Source of the DNA: Octopus vulgaris
Lineage: Eukaryota
Direction: 5' to 3'
DNA length: 64,000 bases
Assembly (NCBI GenBank): GCA_951406725.2
Contig: OX597826.1
Span: 4,898,001-4,962,000 of the forward strand
Made by a program: the position numbers and the translations under genes. Shown one piece after another: positions 45,935-58,750 of this stretch; position 1 is the first letter of the stretch; every line of letters starts with the position of its first letter. Below the pieces are notes generated by a model. It did not search any database, was not told the origin of the DNA, and saw only the letters and a list, made by a program, of their open reading frames with translations.

Positions 45935-46260
45935 TGATATTTTCGGTTTAGTCTCGTACATAAAATTTTGAGTGTTGCGGCCATGCTTGAGCACCGCCGT
46001 TAGCTTCTTGAGACGTCCTCTGATAGGCAGCATTTGGTAAATGAGGGGCTTTGACGCTGCTACCTTCATCTGTATGTTTGCCATGTTGTAGGCTCTTGAC
46101 TCGAGGAGATCAAGTTGTGTTTTGAAGACACTACATCCACCACAGTATTTGGAGTTTTTAACTGCACTTTCCATTAACTCATACAGGATCATTTGCCAGA
46201 TTTGCAAGGACACAGTTTATTTCGTGTGGAATGCATCATTCAAAAAAGTTTTTGCTTCGT
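45935..46260 (-). mobile_element. 3' end fragment of a non-LTR retrotransposon (CR1/L2-like LINE)
   Basis: The minus-strand translation contains GCSVFKTQLDLL...AASKPLIYQM, resembling the ORF2 C-terminus 'FKxxLDxxL...aaxSNsLixQ' of invertebrate CR1/L2-group LINEs (recall). It is followed by a tail shared with SINE group D. Confidence 0.6.
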
Positions 46261-46431
46261 ATTTTGATATGAATATAGCTTCCATTTTTGGCTAACTATT
46301 ATTTTTTTTCAGTATTGTATCAAAGGGTAATATTATCAGTTATTGTTTTCTAATTTTGGTTCATATACTGTACTGCAATGCCATCAATGTTGCAAAGTAT
46401 AGAAAATAGTATATGAATCAATGTACTCTAG

Positions 46432-46624
46432 TTACAAAAAGATGTATACGCAATGTAACTTATTTAGCAGAACGCAGTAGGGCGTACAGTCATACATACA
46501 TGCATACATACATGCATGCATACATATATACATACATACATACATATATACATACATACATACATACATGCATGCATACATACATACATACATACATATA
46601 TACATACATACATACATATATACA

Positions 46625-46658
<34 letters not shown>

Positions 46659-46975
46659 CATACATACATACATGCATGCATACATACATACATACATACA
46701 TACATACATACATACATACATGCATACATACATACATACATACATATGACTCAAAAGTAAAAAGCACAAAATGATAGGAGAACAATAAACAACGTGTAAT
46801 TGGTTTGACGCTCAAGAAAAAGTCAAAGTCTTTGACGTTTCGAACCTATGCTCTTCGACAGAAAGGAATGAGAAAAGAAAACTGTGGAAGAGCCAAAAGA
46901 AAAAGAAAATCTGCTTGGATCAGTAGAATGATTCATGCATTATATACACCTTAAAATAAGCACGTACGAAGATAC
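46432..46975 (-). repeat. Right arm of the inverted duplication
   Basis: TGTAACTTATTTAGCAGAACGCAGTAG, (TACA)n, then GTCTTTGACGTTTCGAACCTATGCTCTTCGACAGAAAGGAATGAGAAAAGAAAACTGT. Confidence 0.85.
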
Positions 46976-47654
46976 GATACAACAAAAAATAATGGAGTCA
47001 TATGCAGTGACAGATACATATAAGGGTATATTAAATTTTGCTTTTATGAAATATATTTCGTTTTCATGTTCAATTAGATCACATTGTTGGTGGTTTCAGA
47101 ACCGTCATATGTTTTATATTTACTTTGTGTTAGTAGCAGTATCCACACTGCCGATTCTAAACACGGATGCTTTCCCGTTCTAAAAGTTACCTCAGCTGGA
47201 TCGTTTGTACATCATCGTTTCGTTTGATAAATTTTGCTAATTTTCATTATTTTCCTTAGAGCTATTGCCATAATTTGGGATTTGATGTCTAGTAGTGGGA
47301 GATTATCGATTTCAATAAACTCTAATGATTTTAGAATTCTAATTGAAGGGCAGTGTTTGAAAGTTCTTCAATGGAGGAAAGGAATGCACAAAAGAATTGA
47401 ATGAAATTATAGTTCGGAAAAATTTTCTAAGACTTGAGGGCCAGCATCTACAAAGAAACATTCGTGTAATTGTAAGAAATTTTAAGGCTTCAATTCTTTA
47501 TAATCTGCAAATAGGTTGTTCTATTTCCTATCAGATCGTCAACATTTGAGTAATAATCAGCAACAGAATCTATTCACATGTTAACTTGTGACAGACTGGT
47601 AGAGTCTCGAAGAATATACTCTCCTCCTGATGACATTTTCGCAGTAGTTGGAAT

Positions 47655-48709
47655 TCTTCACAGAGTGACAGGGAGCGTCGTCCTGGAAGAAGATAGGTGG
47701 TTAACCTGACGAGGGTTGGAGATGTGGAAGGGCATGCTGTCTAAGAACCTGCTTGTATATTCCAACATTGGCAGTTTCTTGTAGGCAACTAAGTGGACCA
47801 GGACCAGCAGCAGAGATCCCCCCCATACCATTTCACTGCTTCCTCTATATTTCACTGTCTTTTTCACACATACATTTCGCCATTTCTTCATCGGATGTTC
47901 ATCCCACCATTGGAAACGATCACATTAAACTTCGATTCATCGCGAAAATGAAATTGTGACCACTGTTCTTCTGTCCAAACGACTTGTCTTTGATTCTTCT
48001 TGAAGATCAGATGTTTCATTGCTGATTCTGGAGCAAGCAACCCAGAACCGTGTAACCTCCGAGAAACTGTTTTGCGCAATACTATGATATCGGAAGTGGA
48101 GCTAACTTGGCTGGATACCTCAGCAGCACTCTTAAACCTCTCCTTCAATGACATTCTAACCATAATACGATCCTGTCTTTATGAAGTTTTACGAGGTCTA
48201 CCGGTTTTGGATTTAGCATCTGTCGATCCTGATAAATTAAAAAGGATTTGCAATTCGTTGCACAACACTTCTAGACCTTCCTACAGTATTTGTTATCACA
48301 GAATTTGACTTACCCTCTTGGAGAAGACACACAATCTTTTGTTTTTCATCACAGGACACCGGTCGTTTCTCACAAGCCGCCATGTTGACAGCTGGACGTT
48401 CCAATAATGTGAGATTATAAGACATAACTGTTAGCCTGTTAACAGTCTTCTAAACATCAAACACCTCGGCTAGTAATTCATTTTTCTTCTAAGTGACCCT
48501 AAACTTTTGGCCGCTGCAATTTGGGAGATTATTTATTTCCTCGCAACTTAGGAAATTTTTATTCCATTCACTTGGCATTTTCACGAACGATAGATACTCG
48601 GTATATCTAAATATGGCTAAAATACTAAGTCTCAACGTGTCGTTAATATTCTATAATAACTATTTCAATACACTTGTTCTTACTGACCCTTATATTATGG
48701 CTGCTACTG
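47655..48709 (-). mobile_element. Decayed, 3'-truncated Tc1/mariner DNA transposon
   Basis: The minus strand begins TA|CAGTAGCAGCCATAATATAAGGGTCA, a Tc1-type end. An inner repeat of this motif lies near 48494-48517. Transposase remnants follow downstream. No second TIR was found. Confidence 0.85.
47658..48383 (-). pseudogene. Tc1-family transposase pseudogene
   Basis: Motifs occur in order across frames: HTH region (KQKIVCLLQEGKSNSVITNTVGRSRSVVQRI), KTGRPRKTS*, TVSRRLH, WSQFHFRDESKFN (first catalytic D), TVKYRGSSEMVWG, FFQDDAPCHS (second D). There are stops and frameshifts, and the third acidic residue is missing. Confidence 0.9.
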
Positions 48710-49042
48710 TATAAAACCGTCAGAACTACTTCTTTACCTCCTTTAGTTGAAAACATTAAAGACGCCCTGGGTTTAAATCTGATACCGCACTTGTTATTCT
48801 TAATAGTTTAAATCCTTCAGAGAGAATTATAAAACATCATAAAAAAAAAAGAAAAAGAATCGTCTTATTGATATATTTCAAAGCATTTCAGTTTTGAAAC
48901 GATACTTGTTCTGTTTTTGCAGGCACCATTACTGCACGTTAGGTGTAATATGAAGCTTTTTATTGAAAATGTAGCATTTACAGCTTTTACAGGCTATTTC
49001 ATGCTAAAATTCCCTCAAGCACGACCGAAACTGGGTCAAAAA

Positions 49043-49089
<47 letters not shown>

Positions 49090-49305
49090 TTAAAGAACAA
49101 TGATTGAAGGATTTTGATAGATTCAATCGTGTATTTTCAAAGTTCAAAATTTTTTCTATTACATCTTCAAAGAAGGCTCGAAGGCTTTTTTGTATCTTCC
49201 TACACATTTTTTTTTTACCTCAGTTCTTTATCTTGAACTCATTAAAACCACTCTGAGCTTTACACCCTTGCAGAAATGCACAATATTTCTGCTTCGATAC
49301 AATAC

Positions 49306-49366
<61 letters not shown>

Positions 49367-49643
49367 TGTGTAAAAAAAGGGAAAAAGAAAAAAAATTATA
49401 GATGAGGTAAAAACACATTTCAATACAAAAGAATTGTGACTAAATCGACAATTGTTAAACTGTGTGGCAGCATTTACTTTTTACTAAATGTTTCCCGAAA
49501 ATTGCACTTTACACTTTACCACACTCGTATACTCTTATGTTTAACAGAACGGAATAAAATCAAATAAATTTGTATCTGATTTTTTTCTCTTAGTATTCCC
49601 TTTCCTCCGGTTCAATACAATGCACTTTACAATGCGTTCTTTA

Positions 49644-49716
<73 letters not shown>

Positions 49717-50392
49717 GTATATATTCGATATCTTCTTATTTTCATTCAAATTCTCTAGCAGAAGCATTCCACAAATAACTCAATTTCGTTTTCGTTTTTT
49801 CTACTTTTTTTATATCCCAAAGCTATAGCAGCAAATTCCTCTGCAGTAAATATTATTTACCAAATGGTCCCTTCGTGTGTAATGAACATTTCTTTTGGAG
49901 TATATATTGAAAACAGTCCCTGGGTTTTAATATTTCCTGACAATAAAATTGCCATAACATTAGTGCGTAACTTTCTTACACAAGTACAAGTCGTTTGTAT
50001 ATTACACCGCTAATATAAATAATAAAATACGATGTAATAAAAGAGAGAAAATGATAAAACCCTCCCTATTTCACTTGCGTACACCTGCTGCCTTCAGCAA
50101 TGCGTAATCATATATTTTGATCATTGCAGCTTATTTCGTATTTTCTACAACTGACGTAAGTTCCTCAGATGTTCTGTCTCATATTTTCATAGGAAAGTGT
50201 AATGTTTTGGCAGACATCTTTGTAAAGACAGTCAGTGGCCTAAATAAAGGACTGAAACTATAAACTTGACAGGTGCAAATGTAACATTCGATCAAAGCTG
50301 TTCATTACATATTATATATACAAAAAACTTATAGTTTTAATTATGAGTAATATAGAGCTTAAAATGAATAAGAAACGAAGCCAATATATTAT

Positions 50393-50605
50393 TTTCAAAT
50401 TTTAGCGCAAGGCCAGCAATTTCAGAGGAAGGGTTATGTCGATTACCTCAACCCCAGTATTCAACTGCTACTTATTTTACCGACCCCGAATGGATAAAAA
50501 GGCAGAGTCGACCTCGGTGGAATTTAAACTCATAACGTAAAACCGGAAGATATAGCGCTAAGCATTTTAATCGGCACGCCAACGATTCTGCCAGCTCACC
50601 GCCTT
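50393..50605 (-). mobile_element. SINE group A copy
   Basis: Complete tail-core-head in reverse, ending AACGATTCTGCCAGCTCACCGCCTT. Confidence 0.85.
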
Positions 50606-51138
50606 ACGTGGCTAATATATTAATAAATAATTATAGAGGCAGCGCAGAAACAAAATTAGTCACATAATCCCACACAAGCACACACATACAAAATAACCCA
50701 ACACACTTTCCCAAATCTAGATAGTCACATTCTATAGCCTTTAACATCATTAATATTCCCCCACACTAATATATTTCGTCATCATCAGTGTAATCATCAT
50801 CAGCATCATCATTGTAGTTGCCGTATTCATTAGCGAGACTATGTAACCGACTACTACTATCGCAGTATTAAAGTTTCTCTGCGACGTAAACTATGTGAAA
50901 AAGTTGCTGGGGTCGAAGTTAAACCCATTGTATGAACGAAACATAACTTGTCCCTGAATACCTATATCTCAACAGTTCACAGCAGGAGCCCTTTAGTTGT
51001 CGTAATTTCCTCGTGTGCTCTCACTGATTGCTAGTCAATCAGAACACAACAGGAACAACATGAAATACATACACAAACACACTGAACAGCATAGATAACG
51101 CAAAACAGCCATTCTGTCACACCTCACCAATGAGAGGA

Positions 51139-51279
51139 ACCACCATGGTTCCGGGTTCAGTCCCACTGCGTGGCACCTTGGACAAGTGTCTTCTACTATA
51201 GCTTCGGGTCGACCAAAGCCTTGTGAGTGGATTTAGTAGACGGAAACTGAAAGAATCCCGTCATATATATTTGTATATA

Positions 51280-51333
<54 letters not shown>

Positions 51334-51410
51334 TATGTATGTATGTGTGTGTATATGTTTGTGTGTCTGTGTTTGTCCCCCCAACATCGCTTCACAGCCG
51401 ATGTTGACGA
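51139..51410 (+). mobile_element. Partial SINE group D copy
   Basis: CATGGTTCCGGGTTCAGTCCCACTGCGTGGCACCTTGGACAAGTGTCTTCTACTATAGC. Confidence 0.85.
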
Positions 51411-52531
51411 TTTACTGTTCTTGTCTCACTTTCGTCCATCTTGACATCGGAAGTATAAGAGGTAGAATGATAAATGTATGAGTCAACACTAGACTTATAC
51501 TCCCTTCTAGTTAAGTATAGAAGAGCAACATGAAATGAGGCATATTACTAAGGGACACGACACGATTGCCACGCTTCTTTCTGCAACGTCAGTGTTTTTT
51601 GAGGGAAAGGGAAATCGCCGATACGATGACTCGCTAATGGTCTCACAAATGTTACCGTCCGTATGGGGGGGGGGATCCGCAAGAGACACTGCACAGTAAC
51701 GCGTCTCACACAGTTTATCAATTCCACCAGTTCATCGTCCTGGATTGGTAGTTTATTTATCTACCCTGATTAGAGAGGTTAAACAAAGTTGTCCTAGAGA
51801 GTGTATGAACTCAGATTGCAGAGTAGGCAAAGCAAATACTGTAAGGGCTTCTCTCTGAGAAGCTAAGGTTCAACAAATCGCGGCAGTCGAGCAATGACAT
51901 TACAACTATCACAACATGACCGCCATGTTCTCGTTGCTTCCTACTGTCACTCACTACACCATCCACTACCAATAATGCAGCAAATTCCTCCACTCTGTTC
52001 ACCTCCACCACGATCTGCAACAATAACAACAACAACAACAACACCACAACAAGCCGTAACTAAAATACAAGAACAACAGCACCAACAAAACAAGAATATA
52101 TTAAAAAGCAATTTGGATATCATTTTCTAGAATCGTATCATAAATAATGTATGTATGCGATAACATTCAAGCTCATGCGATATTTTATAGGATTTTTATG
52201 TTTTAATTTTCCATAATTTTCTATTTTTGCATTTATTTATCTATTTGTATTATTTTTGGTACAATTGGACCCCAGGGAGAGAGGCAAAAGTCTCCTTGGT
52301 TAGCAATTAGTAAACTAATGAGGTTTATAACAACACTAATTGCACCACTAAACTATATGATTTCTTCTTCTTTTTTTATTTTCCCTACATTTTTTCTTCT
52401 CTCGCTGTTGATAATACCTTATTTTTATTTCACATTTTGTTTTAGTGCTGTAGATAGCATAATATTAGCTGGAACAGAGCCTATATATGTTTGCACATAT
52501 ACATGTATATATATTCACATATATTCATATA

Positions 52532-52574
<43 letters not shown>

Positions 52575-53269
52575 CATAGATATATAGATATAACCATATA
52601 CGCATATATCTATCTATCTATATTTGTTTACATATTTACATATATATATATATATATGTATATGTATATATACATATATATATATATGTAAACATGTATG
52701 TATGTATTTGTATGAAATATATCTGTGTGTTTGTGTGTACGTGTGTGTATCTATATATGATATGAATATGTGATTGTAGTGCAATATATACACATACATA
52801 CACACACATATATATATACATATATATATGTGTGTGTGTATTAAATTTCCATTTCTATTATGGCCCATAACGTCCGTGAAAATTGTAGAGTAATAAAACA
52901 TAAAATATATGGAGTCCCTTCCCTCCCATCACGACCACTAAAAAAAAGTCACAACCAAACAACAACAAAAAACCAGTCATACTCTAAGAGGAATACATTT
53001 TCAGTTTTGCCCATTTATTTCAGCCCCCCCCCCCACACACACACACACACACCAACCATTTCTGACTTTTTGTTTTTCTTTCTTAACATCATTATGGTCT
53101 AACTTCTTTGTGGAAGTGGTGGGGGAAAAAAGTGCTGCATTTTGCGAATTTGATCTTTTTTCTTCCTTATTTTTTTTTTTGCTTTTCTTTCTCAGTGGAT
53201 AACGTATATTTAAAATATCGACTAAAAACAAAAAAATAGACGCTCAGTACGCTATGTATGTGTGTGTCG

Positions 53270-53300
<31 letters not shown>

Positions 53301-53503
53301 GTGTGTACGTATGTTTGCGCGAGTGTATATATATGATCTATGTATGTGTATATTTATATATACATACATGTACGTAAATATGTATAGGCCTAAATATATA
53401 TGTGTATGTGTAGATGTGTGTGCGTGTATATATGTATGTATATATATATATATATATATGCAGAGAGAGAGAGAGATAAATAGATACATAGATACATAGA
53501 TAC

Positions 53504-53539
<36 letters not shown>

Positions 53540-53910
53540 GTAGATAGATATGTGAATACATATATACTTACGCATCTATATACAGAGAGAGAGAGAATGA
53601 TTGAAAGGAACAGAATAATTGAAGTGCATTATATGCGTGTGTATCGTAGTGTGTGTGATTTTGGTTGTGTGCATGTTTGTGTGCGTATTCTCAGGTCAGA
53701 ACTACTCAGGTGATCCACTACGAAACAAATGTAATAAAATACAATATCGAAATGGATCAGATTAACCAACGCAGACATGTTTTAGATGCGCGAAAGAAGA
53801 GGAAATTTGGTAAATATTGAAGAATGACATTGTGTATTTCGTTAGTTTAACTGACACGTTTATTAGTAAAATTAGATATGTGCTAAAACTTTTGTACAAT
53901 ATATATATAT

Positions 53911-53961
<51 letters not shown>

Positions 53962-53966
53962 ATAAG

Positions 53967-54002
<36 letters not shown>

Positions 54003-54006
54003 TGTG

Positions 54007-54050
<44 letters not shown>

Positions 54051-54057
54051 CGTATTT

Positions 54058-54100
<43 letters not shown>

Positions 54101-55159
54101 TACATATCCTATATATTTATATATACATGTATATATATAAATATATATATATGTATATGTATTTATATGTATATATATTTGCGCATATACATTTATGTAT
54201 ATATATATATATATATGATAGTACACACATGCATATATGTGTGTGTGTGTGTGTGTGTCTGTATGCATATGCACACACACACAAGTACAGAAAGAGAGGG
54301 AGAGAGAGGGGGGAGAGAGAGCAAATCAAAAGAAAAAGGGAGGAACAAATTTCTGTTCTGGTCTTCGTTTTGTTTTAAGCTCGTTTGATACTCTTCTCTC
54401 CTGGACGTGTATATAATGTTATTGTAGTTAAACGACACATTCTTTCACTAGATGAGATTAAATAATAACTCGGCTTCATTTGCTAGTCATTATCAGCTCA
54501 CCAGAAGTGCTTATATCACCTGATCTACATCGAAAGACTGAAGCTCAAGATTAATACTGCAAACGATAATGAAAAACAGGCATTGTCTTCTGCACATTTG
54601 CATACTATTAACATTTCTGGTTGCTTTGTAATAACTAAAATGCAGTGATGCAATGTGTTATTGGATACGTACATTTAATCATTATTCCTGTTGATTAGCT
54701 GGCGCCACGATCTGAACATTCTTTGCTTTTTCACACCTTCGACGTCATCTATTCTGGAATTGATAATCCAGCCATAGCTGCCGCTCGCAAGCGAGAATGG
54801 CCTGGTAGTATGCACCATGTTGTTGCTAATTGTTTTGGGCTCCTTTCGTTGTCATGAGTAAAATATTGCCCACGTCCTGTCTATTCCGTTTTTTTTTTGT
54901 CGTATCAGAAATAAGTGTCTGTGCGGTCACTAGACTGTTTCACATTTACAACGGAGTATGTAAGGACAACGTGAAAGAGACTTGCTCAAGGAAACTTTAT
55001 GCCATTCCATCTAGAAATGGATCCTTCGACGTTTATGCTCATGGTATGAGCACATTAATCATTAGGTCATGCTCCTTCAAAGTAGTTATCAATGAAACGA
55101 ACTGAGAGGTGGTAGAGATAGAAACAGAGAGAGAGAGAGAGAGAGACAGAGAGAGAGAG

Positions 55160-55393
55160 CGTCTGAGAGGAAAGCGATTCTCTCAAAGAAGGTTTCACTT
55201 TAGTTACGTTAGCATTAAAATTGGCGTTACTAGATTCCAGAAGGTTTAAGGTTTATACTCGCACATATTGAGATCGAATGCTTCTGAAAGGAGAGACGAA
55301 TTTTTCAAAGAAGGTTTCACCTTCGTTAGGTTAGCATTGAAATTGTCGTTACTAGATTTCAGAGAGGCTATACTCGTGCAAATCACTGAGATC
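55160..55393 (+). repeat. Diverged tandem duplication, about 120 bp x2
   Basis: TCAAAGAAGGTTTCAC...GTTAGCATT.AAATTG.CGTTACTAGATT.CAGA...TATACTCG...TGAGATC occurs twice. Confidence 0.85.
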
Positions 55394-56237
55394 TGTTATA
55401 AAGATTTACTAGTTAGAATCTAATTCGTATCGAATATTTAATTCTAATTACTTATTTGCTCAGCAAAGCCACTTGCTAACTTGTTCAGTTTACTAATAAG
55501 CGCACAAACTTAGGATGCGCAACTATTCAATGCGTTTGAGTATGGTCTTTAGCGGCAAAATCCCTGTTTCTGGGCAGTGCTGATATCTTGCAATGGATTT
55601 TGGCTCTTGGTATAAGAGCTTACAAACTATGGATCACTAAAGAGTTACTGTAAGTACAGTATCATTATCCTTTGCTAGCAGGGAAAATGAATGAAATGAC
55701 ATTGCACATTCAAACTTAGAATGAAAAGGCTGGAGAGGAAACTATTTGTAGTGATGTCCATACTACTATTTTCAGCGTCAATATGGAAAATTCTTATGGT
55801 GACTTTGATAAATGATCACTCATCCTTGCGCGCGCGCGTGCATGCGTGTGCAAGCGTGTGTATGTGTGTGTGAGTGAGTGAGTGAGTGAGTGAGTGAGCA
55901 CGTATATACAATTGTATATATTTGTATCATTGTGTCTGTTTGCGCATCTGTATTTGTGTGCGTATTTGATTAAGTGAATATAAACAAAAAATAAACAAAA
56001 AACAACTACACCTATCTTTCTAGCATTATAGTTACTCATACTCAAGAAACTTTTAGGCAATATATGCACTCATGAACAATAACAATTTAATACAAATATA
56101 CGAACTCATTTTCTATCTCCTCTCCTCTCCCTCGGTGCACGTTTTTCTCTTGATTCTTTCAACCAATTGTACACATAAAGATGGATTCCTTGCACTCTAG
56201 AGTTTTCTGCATTCTTTCAGCTATATGGAATTTTGTG

Positions 56238-56238
56238 A

Positions 56239-56285
<47 letters not shown>

Positions 56286-56286
56286 C

Positions 56287-56359
<73 letters not shown>

Positions 56360-56500
56360 CATCCCTCTATCTACCTACATACCTATATATCTATCTATAT
56401 ATCTACCTACATACCTATCTATCTATATATATATATATCTATTTATCTATCTATCTATATATATATATATATCCATCCATCTATCTACCTACATACATAC

Positions 56501-56539
<39 letters not shown>

Positions 56540-56560
56540 CCTACTATCTATCTATCTATC

Positions 56561-56608
<48 letters not shown>

Positions 56609-56668
56609 CATTCCTATCTATCTATCCATCCCTCTATCTACCTACATACCTATCTATCTATCTACCTA

Positions 56669-56700
<32 letters not shown>
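56238..56700. repeat. (CTAT)n microsatellite, about 460 bp, imperfect
   Basis: Directly visible. It produces the IYLS-repeat ORFs. Confidence 0.95.
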
Positions 56701-56701
<1 letters not shown>

Positions 56702-57371
56702 CATCAGTGGTGGTATTTCTATACCAACATGCACATATCTCCAACTACGTTCTCCCTGCCTATCGCTGTTTCCTCCCATCTTCCAACTAATTTCTCTCCC
56801 TGATCTGTAACTGTTTCTACACATATACACCCGCTTTCTCTCTCCGTCTCCAACTGCTCCATTCCGATTTTTTGTCAGCATGGAATACTTCCGTTCTTTT
56901 TCATGTCAAGTTTAACTGTTACATAATCGATAACTCTGGCTCTCAGTATAAGATGCCGTTAGCTTTGGATGTCTATTGATTTAGGTAATCTATCATAGAT
57001 ATTTCGTGACATCTTCAAACCAAAATAGCCTGAATTGCTTTATATGTGTATGTATATGCATATGTGTATGTGTGTCTCTGTGTGTGTTATGTAGAAAAAA
57101 AATCAATTATTGAATAAGTATAACTAATAAAAAATAAAAGGAAAAAAGAAATTATTTTTGGAAATCATATACATCTATAAATTACGTTAAAAATAAATCT
57201 TAAGAAGTAGGTAAGACTTAAATAAATATATATGATATATACAGAATACACAACTTTCCAAAGCAAAAACGAAAAAAATATTAATATATGACAAGACATT
57301 CGACATTCTTTATTAAACAAGAAATACTAAAGATACAGAAGTCCTTGCCAGGAGGACATGATTCCTGTACA

Positions 57372-57485
<114 letters not shown>

Positions 57486-57769
57486 CATATGCTTGTGTTA
57501 TATTGCCTTCTATACATTTAGTATTGATTGAGTATTGATGCATGCATACATACATACATACATACATACATACGTACGTATGTACGTATATACATACGTA
57601 CATATATGTGAGTATGCGTGGATGGTGGGGGGGTGTAATCATTTAGATGAAAGAAATTTAACATGCAGGATGTTATAAATAATATATAAAAAAGGAGAAA
57701 ATGTAAAATTAAAGATGCAAAAAGATATTTTCGCGTTCGATAATATAAAGTATTCCATTCAAGTACAAT

Positions 57770-57809
57770 GCTACTACTACTACTGCTGCTGCTACTACTA
57801 CTACCACTA

Positions 57810-57897
<88 letters not shown>

Positions 57898-57973
57898 CAC
57901 TACTACTACAAGTATTACTACTACTACTAGTATTACTACTACTACTAGTATTACTACTACTACTACTACTACT
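57770..57973. repeat. (TAC)n microsatellite
   Basis: Directly visible. Confidence 0.95.
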
Positions 57974-57984
57974 GGCATTTGTAA

Positions 57985-58187
57985 GACGTCGAGCAGGTAG
58001 AATCGTTACCGCGCGGGGCGAAATGCTTAGCGGTGTTTGGTCCGTCTTCATGTTCTCAGTTCAAATTCCGTTGGGGTTGACTTTGCCTTTCATCCTTCAG
58101 TGGTCGATAAAATACAAACCAGTTGAGCGCTGGAGTTGATGTCATCAATGGATATCCCTCCCACGAAATTGCTGGCCTTGTGCAAAA
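57985..58187 (+). mobile_element. SINE group A copy
   Basis: AGAATCGTTACCGCGCGGGGCGAAATGCTTAGC...GACTTTGCCTTTCATCCTT...TTGCTGGCCTTGTGC. Confidence 0.82.
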
Positions 58188-58320
58188 ACTACTACTAATA
58201 GTAGTAACAGCCTAATGCTATTATTATTTCTAAGATGTTCGCTTCAGATAATCGTTAGAGCGTCGTTAGAGCGACGGATATGCTGTCCTGCACTACTTAT
58301 TCCGAAACCTTAAATTCAAA

Positions 58321-58750
58321 GGATCTTTTCGGTTTGAACGGCAGTTTTTAACATAATTTCTAGGTAACTAAAAAATTTTAAAGTTCGTATACTGGTAGAA
58401 TGTGTTTATAAAACATCTTTTTCTCTTGGATTTATTGAGAAAATTCTATAGTTTGTAAGATATTTGTTGTTTTTTTTTCTTCAATTTCTGAAATTTGAAC
58501 CAATCAGTGACGTCTATTGAGTTAAAAAGCATTCTGTGCCGTATGAATATGTCCCTCGTTTAAGAAACAGGTTGGGTTTATTTACATTTGTGAAGAAAAA
58601 AAGGATACCCTTCCCCCACCCCTAACCCTAACCCCAACCCTAACCCTAAAAGAGATTGAAATGCAATAGATCGATTCTAGGGTCATAATTATGGGTGACA
58701 ATTTCATATAACACCGCTAGAAGAAACTGCCGTTCAAACCGAAAAGAACC
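58321..58750. mobile_element. 430-bp non-autonomous TIR element (MITE-like) with internal telomeric repeats
   Basis: 27-bp terminal inverted repeats, 58321-58347 (GGATCTTTTCGGTTTGAACGGCAGTTT) and 58724-58750, matching at 26/27. Flanked by AA on both sides. Five CCCTAA-type units at 58620-58649. Confidence 0.85.

Noticed and set aside
47220-47640. Possible additional LINE 3' remnant on the minus strand
   Set aside because: Only faint resemblance (FFRTIISFNS), too degraded to call.
50130-50155. Possible 26-nt micro-exon (ttgcAG...GAC|GTAAGT)
   Set aside because: It is frame-shifting and has no peptide similarity. Such sites are expected by chance in 54 kb.
58620-58649. Telomere or chromosome-fusion relic
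   Set aside because: Only five units, and they lie inside a TIR element.
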